This document shows positions 46,824-56,100 of a stretch of 64,000 bases of DNA, piece by piece. Both the position numbers and the translations under genes were made by a program. The notes under the pieces were generated by a model that was not told where the DNA came from, ran no database searches, and saw only the letters and a list, made by a program, of their open reading frames with translations. Source of the stretch: a virus. The DNA lies in the IMG/VR virus record IMGVR_UViG_3300045988_109767, positions 1 through 64,000 of that record; one strand, given 5' to 3'. Within the stretch, counting starts at the first letter, position 1. The number at the start of each line of letters is the position of its first letter.

Positions 46824-48251
46824 TTATAAATTAAACTCTTCAAAATCTATTTCAGATCCGGTTGACAAATTAATCATTGACTTTTCAAGCTCTTCCATTG
46901 GAACCGGTTTCACAATACCTCCATTACCAAGAGTCTTTTTATAGAAGTTTATCACCACCTGATCGCTGGTTTTTACCGTCTTAGGAATAGGTTGACGAAG
47001 ATATAATCCATCAAGAGACTTTACTCTTGAAAGAGCCGTATATAGCTGTCCTGTTTCAAAAGAATTAGATACATCCATCATAGCCGCATCCAATGTCAGG
47101 CCTTGGGCTTTATGGATCGTGATAGAATAACCTATTTTTATAGGATACTGAATAATAGCTCCTACTACTTCAGATTCTATCTTATATCCGTTTCTTACGT
47201 ATTTTACTTTCTCAAACGAACATGGTGTTATAACAACCTTAGTATGCTCATCATCTTTCGGTTTATCAAGGACTACTTCAATCTCACCCTTTTTTATAGA
47301 TAATACAGTACCAAGAGAGCCATTGAAGTACTCTCCTCCGTTTCTTGTTATCATAACTCTTGATCCCTCTTTCAAGAAAAGAGTTTTTTCAACCGGAGCA
47401 TCTTTAGGATAATCACCGTTTATAACAGCTTCTAATTTTCTTAAAGAGCCTGGTAACGATGATATTCTCATTTCGTTAATAGCCGTAGCTTTTGAGTTGG
47501 TAGTTACAATCTCAACATATCCTTGATTATTATCAGACTGAATACATCTGCTGTTTATTGTATCAAATACATCATCATCCATCTGCCCTTCACGCACCTT
47601 ATTAAGGACACTAATAAACTTCTCATCTTTCTGACGGTATATTTTTTCAAAAGAAACCATTTCCATACCAGAAGCCATTAGAGACTTGGAGCTAAAGAAG
47701 TAAGATGTATCGTATATTTCTCTAAAAAAATCCTCCTTAATTACTGGCGGAAGTTGAAATAAATCACCTACCATAATAAGTTTCACGCCGCCAAACGGGT
47801 CCTTGTCTCCTCTTGCATGACGAAGTATATCAGCTACGTTGTCAAGAAGATCAGGGCGAACCATAGAAATCTCGTCTATGATAAGATACTTTATATTCTG
47901 TAAAATCTTTTCCGAACCTCCGTTGAATTTATATTCGCAGTTATCCATAAACGCGCCTTTTCGTATTTCAGGTATATACGGCTGCATTCCTATTCTAAAA
48001 AATGAATGAATGGTTTGACCACCTGCATTAACAGCAGCAACACCTGTAGGAGCTACAACAACCGCATTTTTTAATGCCGGTATAATACGCTTAAGGAACG
48101 TTGTTTTTCCACTTCCTCCTTTACCGGTTATAAACAGCGGTTTTGGTGACTTACAAATAGACTTAATAGCCTTTCCTTGTGCGACATTACCTTCGGACAT
48201 AACTGAACGAAGAACGCACTCCATGATTTTTTTGTCGTAACTTATAGCCAT
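46824..48251 (-). CDS. PIF1/RecD-like SF1B DNA helicase
   Basis: Walker A LFITGKGGSGKTTFLK; Walker B/motif II YLIIDEISMV; later GDLFQLPPV (motif III). Confidence 0.7.
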   Translation of the reverse strand: MAISYDKKIMECVLRSVMSEGNVAQGKAIKSICKSPKPLFITGKGGSGKTTFLKRIIPALKNAVVVAPTGVAAVNAGGQTIHSFFRIGMQPYIPEIRKGAFMDNCEYKFNGGSEKILQNIKYLIIDEISMVRPDLLDNVADILRHARGDKDPFGGVKLIMVGDLFQLPPVIKEDFFREIYDTSYFFSSKSLMASGMEMVSFEKIYRQKDEKFISVLNKVREGQMDDDVFDTINSRCIQSDNNQGYVEIVTTNSKATAINEMRISSLPGSLRKLEAVINGDYPKDAPVEKTLFLKEGSRVMITRNGGEYFNGSLGTVLSIKKGEIEVVLDKPKDDEHTKVVITPCSFEKVKYVRNGYKIESEVVGAIIQYPIKIGYSITIHKAQGLTLDAAMMDVSNSFETGQLYTALSRVKSLDGLYLRQPIPKTVKTSDQVVINFYKKTLGNGGIVKPVPMEELEKSMINLSTGSEIDFEEFNL

Positions 48252-48508
48252 CTTTTTTCTGATTTTGTTCTACAAAACAAAAGTATGAAAATAAAATAAA
48301 ACCTAAAATATAAAATGAATTAATTAGGATTAAAAAGAAATAATAAGTTTGATAAGTAGTTTTAGATCAGACAGTAATATGATTTCGTATAGATATGGTT
48401 ATGGCATAGTGGTGGCTAACGGGTGTTTCCGTCGATGTTCTACGAGATTATCGTTTTTCGGCTCTGTCGGCGACTACTAAGAACAGACCCTCTCTCAAGT
48501 ACCAAACA

Positions 48509-50131
48509 TTACAATGATGAATACTGAGATGAAGGATAAAGATAGGTATCATTATAGAATGATAGCTCTTCTAATGGTATATCCTTGAATACGGATTCAC
48601 CATCTAATTCTTTATCATTATCTACTGTTGTACCAATATTAGGTAATGATTGGATAGATATATCCATATTCTCTATCTTTTCCTTAAACTGTTCTGCCTT
48701 AACATACGTATAGATATCTTCGCTTACCGATCCAACCGCTTTAGCCATCTCGCCGGCGAACTCAGCATACATATCCCGTACCTCATTAAAACCTGCCTTT
48801 TTGTCAGGAGCGGTATTGTTATAGGTTTTCATTCTCCTACTTACCCTACCGCAGACCCCGGCAACGGACGTCCCCACCTCAGCACAGCAGGCTTCCGCAT
48901 CAGCCATGCCTGCCTTTACTGTGGCTACCTTCTCCTTACTCCATCCACTAACCTTGTCGTATGATTGTTTAAGACAGTTTAAGAACATGTCCATTCTTCG
49001 CTTCTTATCTTCTGCTATGATAGCGCGATAATACTTTCTTACAATCTGATTTTGTGTACTTCGCTCATATCCGTCCCAGAAGTCTTTGTGCGCTTCTTTA
49101 GCCATAACAGAAGCCAATGATCTTGCTTCTTCTTCTTTTGTCTTTTTACGATCTATGCCAAGGATCTCCCCATCTTCGGAAACAACTTCTTCTGCGTTTA
49201 GGAAACGTAGGATATGAGTATTGTCTTTTAAGAAGAAATTGAAATCGTCTTTCTTACTCACTTTTTCTTTTTCTCCTTTCTCTATATCCTTCTCTCCAAA
49301 ATACCATCTGTTTGTTGCTCCTTTTTTATACAAGGTCCAGGTATTTGCTATTTGCCAGAAAACTGCCCCGTGCCTATATACCGGAATCAGCTTACCTATT
49401 GGGTAGTTATGTTCGTTTGCTTCAATGTAAGCACGAGGATTATCTACGTATGTTATAAATTGTACGTTTTCGAACCTTTTTACGAGCTTGTCTTGTATCG
49501 CCATACCGACAATCTCTTTCGCTTTTGTTAGTCCTACATTCAAGTACAAGGCAATTGTTTTGTTACTTATCGTCGAATCAATTAATCCATAATACGAGTG
49601 GCTTCCGTCTACGACCTCCGCCTGAGAGTTTGTCTCTCCACTGTTCAGTACAGACTCATTGTTCCTGACTAAATTAACAAACATCGCCTCTCTTATCCTG
49701 TCAAGGACCTTTTCATGGTTTGTTATTTCATTTTTCCTTATCTTAATTAAAATCCTATTCTTTGGAAGACTCACTTTTCCACATCCGAGAGTAAGTTGTA
49801 CGCCATTAACACGATACCTTCTTGCAACGAACGTACTATCCGTCATACGGAACAGTTCGTCAAACATCGGATGTCCTGTCATGTTCTTGAATTTCGAATA
49901 CCCGATCCCAAGCTTATGAAGAAGATCTTTCTGGTTTTTGAATCTTATTCTCGAATCCCGGCGGGAGATTTTTATCATACAGTATAAAGCGTACAGTTCC
50001 ATGAACAGCGAATCTGATGACCACTGTTCCAAAAGTCTGAGACTTATGTTAATATTTCTACCTAATTGTAGCTTCATAATCTGTAACAAAAAAAAATCGG
50101 ATGGATTTTTGGGGATATCCATCCGATTCAT
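48509..50131 (-). CDS. large hypothetical protein, first gene of the leftward block (candidate replication initiator or early regulator); start uncertain (alternative Met at 50077)
   Basis: 540-aa ORF; its 5' end contains an 11-bp perfect inverted repeat. Confidence 0.5.
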   Translation of the reverse strand: MNRMDIPKNPSDFFLLQIMKLQLGRNINISLRLLEQWSSDSLFMELYALYCMIKISRRDSRIRFKNQKDLLHKLGIGYSKFKNMTGHPMFDELFRMTDSTFVARRYRVNGVQLTLGCGKVSLPKNRILIKIRKNEITNHEKVLDRIREAMFVNLVRNNESVLNSGETNSQAEVVDGSHSYYGLIDSTISNKTIALYLNVGLTKAKEIVGMAIQDKLVKRFENVQFITYVDNPRAYIEANEHNYPIGKLIPVYRHGAVFWQIANTWTLYKKGATNRWYFGEKDIEKGEKEKVSKKDDFNFFLKDNTHILRFLNAEEVVSEDGEILGIDRKKTKEEEARSLASVMAKEAHKDFWDGYERSTQNQIVRKYYRAIIAEDKKRRMDMFLNCLKQSYDKVSGWSKEKVATVKAGMADAEACCAEVGTSVAGVCGRVSRRMKTYNNTAPDKKAGFNEVRDMYAEFAGEMAKAVGSVSEDIYTYVKAEQFKEKIENMDISIQSLPNIGTTVDNDKELDGESVFKDIPLEELSFYNDTYLYPSSQYSSL

Positions 50132-50135
50132 GTCT
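50098..50135. promoter_or_regulatory. perfect inverted repeat AATCGGATGGAT / ATCCATCCGATT at the edge of the divergent control region
   Basis: atcggatggat-ttttggggat-atccatccgat; 11-bp arms. Confidence 0.5.
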
Positions 50136-50402
50136 TTTTTTTTCGTCCGGAAAACTCCAAAATCCCGTTACAAATTTGAATCAATCCAAGTAGAAAAACA
50201 ACAAGACACTTAATATTTTATATTCTTGTTGTTTTATTTGAATTGACTTCAAATCTGTAACGTGCTACAAATGTAGAAACAAAATTCAAGAATCAAACAA
50301 CAAGAACTTATTTTTTTTAATGTTACAGTGCAAATATCGGGACAAATTCTGAATCCATTGTCATAAAATACGTTAATTTTAAATTTATAAATCTTTAATC
50401 CT

Positions 50403-50410
50403 TATCTTTG
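50403..50410 (+). promoter_or_regulatory. TAnnTTTG -7 promoter element (TATCTTTG) for the rightward block
   Basis: Exact motif 18 nt upstream of ATG 50429. Confidence 0.4.
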
Positions 50411-50428
50411 TATCAAAACGATAATCTC

Positions 50429-50869
50429 ATGAAAGAAAGTGATAATAAAGATGTTAGTAATAGAGCTTATAGGCTTTTAGTACCTTATTCCAATACGGTA
50501 GATATGGCGAAGAAGATACTTCTGTTTTATAACGGATACTTAATGGCTTCCGGCAATGAGAAGAATGTCATAGATGCGAGGCATTTAAATCTTCTTGCCT
50601 ATTATTTTGTGTTTGGATATTCGTATGAGACGAAGAAGAAGTTTTCTCATTGTTTCAGTACCGATCTTCAATATGTATCGGTTTTGGATACGGAGATGAA
50701 GAAGCGTGGTATTTTGATTGACCGTGAAGGGAATTACAGGACCAGGTGTTTGTGCCCGGATATAGAGAACATGCGCCGTCTTTTTGTATTGGAGGGTTCC
50801 AGAGATCAATGTGCGTTGGTTTCTTTATTTTACAGAAAGAAAACTTTTGAAGCCGATGGCGAAGAATAA
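50429..50869 (+). CDS. hypothetical protein (ATG start; the track ORF begins at an upstream TTG)
   Basis: MKESDNKDV...; first gene of the rightward block. Confidence 0.45.
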   Translation: MKESDNKDVSNRAYRLLVPYSNTVDMAKKILLFYNGYLMASGNEKNVIDARHLNLLAYYFVFGYSYETKKKFSHCFSTDLQYVSVLDTEMKKRGILIDREGNYRTRCLCPDIENMRRLFVLEGSRDQCALVSLFYRKKTFEADGEE

Positions 50870-51305
50870 TTTCCCTATATCATTTGAGTCACATATTATA
50901 GATGATGTGATGGATAAGACCGGGGGCGTTTACGACCGAAACCAAATACGTGACGTTTTCAGAGCCAGTATTTCTTATGCCAATAACTTATGTACGTACA
51001 CAGATAACGTGTCTGTATCGTTCCCGTATGTGGGTGATATGGTTTGTAACCTTCATGAGATGGAGAGGCGAAAAAACAACCTTGAGCGTCTTAAATCCAA
51101 GGTAGAAAAATTATCTAAGTATCAGGAAAAAGAACTTCAGTGCCTTGATATTAAGATAAGGATGATAAAGGATGCTTATGACTCAGGTGAGATAAAAGGT
51201 GGGGATATGTTGATAAAACACAACAAATTATCTATCTTTAAATCTCGTAAGGGTCATAGTTTTAGTGAAATACAAAATATTCAAGAACAGGAATTTAACA
51301 GATAA
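50856..51305 (+). CDS. hypothetical protein (start trimmed to MAKNNFPISF)
   Basis: Track ORF 50784..51305 overlaps the previous gene; the internal Met removes most of the overlap. Confidence 0.45.
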   Translation: MAKNNFPISFESHIIDDVMDKTGGVYDRNQIRDVFRASISYANNLCTYTDNVSVSFPYVGDMVCNLHEMERRKNNLERLKSKVEKLSKYQEKELQCLDIKIRMIKDAYDSGEIKGGDMLIKHNKLSIFKSRKGHSFSEIQNIQEQEFNR

Positions 51306-51308
51306 GTT

Positions 51309-52046
51309 ATGAAAAAGATTTTGCAAGCGGAAGTTATATACGATGCTTTTATGGATACGATATTAAAAAAACTTCCAAGAAAAAAAGAAGATTATCCTGA
51401 TTGGTACAAGGAACGTCTTGAAAAGTGTGAAGGATGTAAATTCAATACCAAGAACGTCCCTAACTCTATGCTTCCTCTTTCTTTGTACGTAAGCAAGAAA
51501 ATAGGTAAAAATCGTTGTTCGGTATGTACGTGCTTCATCAAGCAGAAGGCCTGGAGTAAGACAGAGGAGTGTGCGCTTGGGGAGGGGCTTCCGCGTCCTT
51601 CGTGGATGGACCGACAGTATTCTACTGATTTTTATGATGAGAAATCAAGGTGGAACAGATTAGAGCTTATTACAATGGATTCTGATGAGTTTAATGTTAT
51701 TTCTACAGATGACAAGCAGTATAATATTGACCTGTCTAAAGACGGTAAATCATTTGAAATAATTTTCGAACCAGTAGAGAAAGGAAACAGTATAAGGTTT
51801 TCATTCGTTCTTGAGTCGAAGCATGATATGAAGATAACAGCATCAGAGACATCTTGTGGCTGTACGTCTTCTAATTTGAATATCATTGATTCCCGTCACT
51901 TTAAGTTCAATATAGAGATACATACAGCAGGATTTGGAATAGGAAGATTCGTAAAACATATGACTGTTCACTATCAAAAAGATGGGTCTCAAAAAGAGGA
52001 AAAGATTCCGTTTAATTTTGAAGGTATTATAATCCAAAAAAGTTAA
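51309..52046 (+). CDS. hypothetical protein with CxxC...CxxC zinc-binding motif
   Basis: CEGCKF...CSVCTCF. Confidence 0.5.
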   Translation: MKKILQAEVIYDAFMDTILKKLPRKKEDYPDWYKERLEKCEGCKFNTKNVPNSMLPLSLYVSKKIGKNRCSVCTCFIKQKAWSKTEECALGEGLPRPSWMDRQYSTDFYDEKSRWNRLELITMDSDEFNVISTDDKQYNIDLSKDGKSFEIIFEPVEKGNSIRFSFVLESKHDMKITASETSCGCTSSNLNIIDSRHFKFNIEIHTAGFGIGRFVKHMTVHYQKDGSQKEEKIPFNFEGIIIQKS

Positions 52047-52051
52047 GTGTT

Positions 52052-52333
52052 ATGGGAGGATGTGGTAAAGCAAGGCATTTACAATGCGAAGATAAAAGGA
52101 AATCCTTATTTTCTATGTTGCAGGCATCTTGTGATGATCTCCCCGATTATTCGGCCGGAGACATTCTCTATGCTGTACTTAGGTCTTTTGCAAAGAAAAG
52201 AGGATTATCTGTTTCTTTTTTAAGGACGTTGACAGACAGCGAGCTTTTTGAAGTGGCTGATTATAATTTATCAATGGAGTTGATGGACGTTATTATTTAC
52301 GATAAAAAGGTTCTTGATAATGAAGAAGATTGA
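52052..52333 (+). CDS. hypothetical protein
   Basis: 93-aa ORF. Confidence 0.4.
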   Translation: MGGCGKARHLQCEDKRKSLFSMLQASCDDLPDYSAGDILYAVLRSFAKKRGLSVSFLRTLTDSELFEVADYNLSMELMDVIIYDKKVLDNEED

Positions 52334-52841
52334 TTTTGATTCAGATATAAAGCATCTTATTTCTTATTACAACCATCTACTGTCTGAGCAGGATAAGGTG
52401 GGAGAGGATATGGAAGAGCTAACTAAGGATATTATTAGGAAGAAGGAAGAGGAAAATGATATAGAGTTGGAAGACTTTATTGATTTGGAAGAAAAGTCGT
52501 TTATGACCAACTTGTATCAACAAGAGATAATGAAAGTATCTTCTTCTGTCAAGACCGTCTACAGGTTATCTATTAACGCCGGTCATGATCTTAATATAGA
52601 TAATGACAGCAAGAAGGTTCTTGACATGATAGTAAACGACGGAGAATCGGATTTTATTATGTACGTTGATAATAATACTGATTCTGTTGCGTTCAAGGAT
52701 GAATTTGTTGAGGAAGGAATAAAAAACATGTGTAAGTATCGTGTTGATCCATCTTCTCTTGAAGACAGGTTTAATATGCTTAAGTCTCAGTATGAGGCTT
52801 TTTTAAAAATAGTTAACAATGAAAGCAAGAAAGCCGACTAA
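52314..52841 (+). CDS. hypothetical acidic protein
   Basis: 175-aa ORF. Confidence 0.45.
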   Translation: MIMKKIDFDSDIKHLISYYNHLLSEQDKVGEDMEELTKDIIRKKEEENDIELEDFIDLEEKSFMTNLYQQEIMKVSSSVKTVYRLSINAGHDLNIDNDSKKVLDMIVNDGESDFIMYVDNNTDSVAFKDEFVEEGIKNMCKYRVDPSSLEDRFNMLKSQYEAFLKIVNNESKKAD

Positions 52842-53157
52842 CGATGATGTTTCTTACGTAGATCGGAAACTTCTTGTGCTAAGGGATCAGATAGATAAGG
52901 CTGAACGTTATCTATCTGAAAATCCTTGGGATAAAATAGAAGATTCCGATAAGAGGGAGAAAGAATTTAGGTTTCAAAAGAGCTTGTCTGATAGCTTAAT
53001 GCAATGGACTGAATCTTATATTAAGATGTGTGGAATAATGGATGTCTATAATCAGCTTGAGGCTGCCAAAAACAAGAAAAGCCTAAAAGGAGGACAAACA
53101 GTATCAGGTATTCAGTCTTTTGTTAAGAATGAAGCTAAGAACAAGCTCGATAAATAG
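52819..53157 (+). CDS. hypothetical protein immediately upstream of terL (the small terminase subunit usually sits here; no motif support)
   Basis: 112-aa ORF; synteny argument only. Confidence 0.4.
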   Translation: MKARKPTNDDVSYVDRKLLVLRDQIDKAERYLSENPWDKIEDSDKREKEFRFQKSLSDSLMQWTESYIKMCGIMDVYNQLEAAKNKKSLKGGQTVSGIQSFVKNEAKNKLDK

Positions 53158-53164
53158 TTTTGTC

Positions 53165-56100
53165 ATGAATATTAACAGTAAAGAACTTTATATAAATATG
53201 GGTAACGATATTCCGTTATGGAATGACCTTTATTCTTATGAAGAGCAAGACAATGATGTCAAGCAATTCTGGGAGAATGAGGCTATGAAACTCCTTAACG
53301 GTGTTACCATAAATGGGGTATTTATCCATCCTTGGCTATACTGGCATATCAATTTCTGGAAGATGATGATTGACGTAGGAGATGATCGTATTCCTGGAAA
53401 TTCGCAGCTTCGTGATAATGAATGGATGTTTGCCGAATTTCTAAAGCAGGCTGAAGAAGAGAATAAAGGAATATTCATGTTCGGGTGCCGTCGTTTTGGA
53501 AAAGCCCTTCTTGATTCTGAGATACTTTATCTTGAGGACCGGGAAAAGATGATAGGAAATATCGTTGTAGGGGATAAGATATATGACGATAAAGGGAATT
53601 TGGTAGAGGTCGTAGGTGTTTATCCCCAAGGAAAAGTAACTACCTACAGAGTCGTATTCGAAGACGGTCGTAACGTTATTTGCTGCGGTAATCATCAATG
53701 GCGCGTCAATCATGGAGGAAAATGGCATGTTAGGAGTCTTAGATCCATAGCCGGATTAGATTATAAGAGTATGTCTATTCCAGTAGGTGAGGCCCTGAAC
53801 TACCCTACGGCAAAGCTGCCGGTTCCTCCGTCAGCCTACGCCTCGATGCTGGCGGCTTATCTCGGTGGCTATGGTGGGGATATGTTTTTTGATAAATACG
53901 TTTGTAAGAAGTTTTTAAGATCGTCCATAGATCAAAAGAAAGATTTTATAGAAAACTTCATTCGTTCTTTCAGAAACGTAGTAACCGGAGAAGAAGAGCT
54001 TATGTTGTCTCATATTGATATGGATGTCATAAATTTTGTACAACGTATGTTTTGGGCTTCAGGTTGGTATGCTAAATTGGAGGGGAACAAACTTATACTA
54101 TCAAGGAATCGTAAGGAATTAAAAATAAGATCCATATCGATATACGGTAAGGAGCATGCCACTTGTATAACCGTTGATAATGATTCTCATTTATTTTTGA
54201 CCACCAATTACATCGTTACTCATAATACGGCCATAATGAGTTCTCTTCTGGCCCGTAATGCTACAATGACGTACAATTTGACGCATAATGTTATTGGAGC
54301 AAGTAAAGAAGACCTTGCCAATATGGGAGAGTATCTTGAGTTTGGACTTGATAATCTTCCTCCTTATCTTACTATAAACAGGACTGGTAACGACTGGACT
54401 AAAGAAGTTGTTTTAGGTACAAGAAACATCAATAATCAACGTGATGTTCATGCCAGAATAAGAATCACCAACGTTGATGATGGAAAGACACGAGGCTCAT
54501 TGAAGACCGCAGGCGGAACTCCATATACGTCTATATATGATGAGGTAGGTAAATTCCCGGTGCTTGGGGCATGGCTTGCCGGTAGGCCGGCTCATATGAT
54601 GCATGGTAGAATGAGGGGCGTTTGTTTGATGGCTGGATGTTGTTGTGCTGGTACAATAGTGTACAAATCAAACGGAGAACCGTGTAGGATAGAGGATTTA
54701 AAACAAGAAGATGGAATAATAGGATTCGATAATATATCATCAAAAGCTGTAAGTCAAGACATAACATGGATGAAACCCCCTGCCGAGAAAGAGTGTTATA
54801 GAATAACAACAAAAAGAGGAAGGGTACTTGAATGTAGTGGGGATCATCCCATATTGACTGTTGTAAAGAAAAGGAAGGGTAAATTTAGGTACTTTGGATC
54901 TGATTTTAGAAGGGCTGATTCTCTTAGAGTTGGACGTAAAATATGTGTATCAGATGGTGTGGATATATGGGGAGATAAAAAAATGTTTGATCCATACCTT
55001 GTTGGCATTCTAATAGGGGATGGGAGCTATGGTTTTGATAAGACTCCTATTGTGTCTACCAGTGATGATGAGGTGTATGATTATATACGATCTAAATATG
55101 AGTGTTGTATAGAGAAACAGTATAAGACTAAGGACGGAAAAGATTATAGGGAAATAAGAATAAAAGGTATATGCCATGAGTTAAGGGAACTTGGTATATA
55201 TGGTCAGACTAAAAAAAACAAAACACTTCCTTTAAATATACATTCATATAGAAGAGAGGATGTTATTATGATGATTAGGGGGTATTTTGATGCTGATGCT
55301 ACTTTTTATTCTAATAACAATAATAGGGATCATCGTATAAGTTTAGGATCTTGTAATAGGCATCTTCTTGAAGAAGTAAAGGATGTTCTTTTTAAATTTG
55401 GAATACATAGTACTATTTCTTATAGCCCATCTAAAAATCCAGCAGATAGATCAATTATTCTTGATTCATATGTATGTAATATATTGGATAAATTATCCAT
55501 GCTTAAATATTGTGATATAATTGGAACAGATATAGGATATAGAAGAGAGAAACTTGATTCTATAAGGAAATTCGGTTCTAATTTTAGCACATTTGGATCT
55601 TTTAGGTCAAAATATTTAGATGGAGTGATAATAGAAAGGATAGATAAGATAGAGTATATAGGAATTAAGCCTGTTTACAACCTCACTGCATCAGATACTC
55701 ACACTTATATAGCAAATGGTATTATAACTCATAACACTGGCGGTAATGTAGAAAAGTCTCAAGATGCACAGAAAATCATGAACTCTCCGGACGAATATGG
55801 ATTTATTATAATGAATTATGATATTCTAAATAAGAGAGTTATTAAACCAACATGGCGTATATGTAAATCTGGATGCTTTGTTCCGGCCCAGATGTCTCAT
55901 GCGTATGAAAAGAAAGAAACGACTCTTGATAAGTATCTTGGAGTAGAGAATGCTCCCGGTCTTAAGAAGATAAAAATAAAAGTTTCAGACTTTGATAAAA
56001 ATACTGGAATAATAAAATCACGTCTTGACGAACTTGTCAAAAAGGATAGGGCTTTATACGTCCAGGAACGAATGGCATTCCCTTTGTCTATAGATGATTG

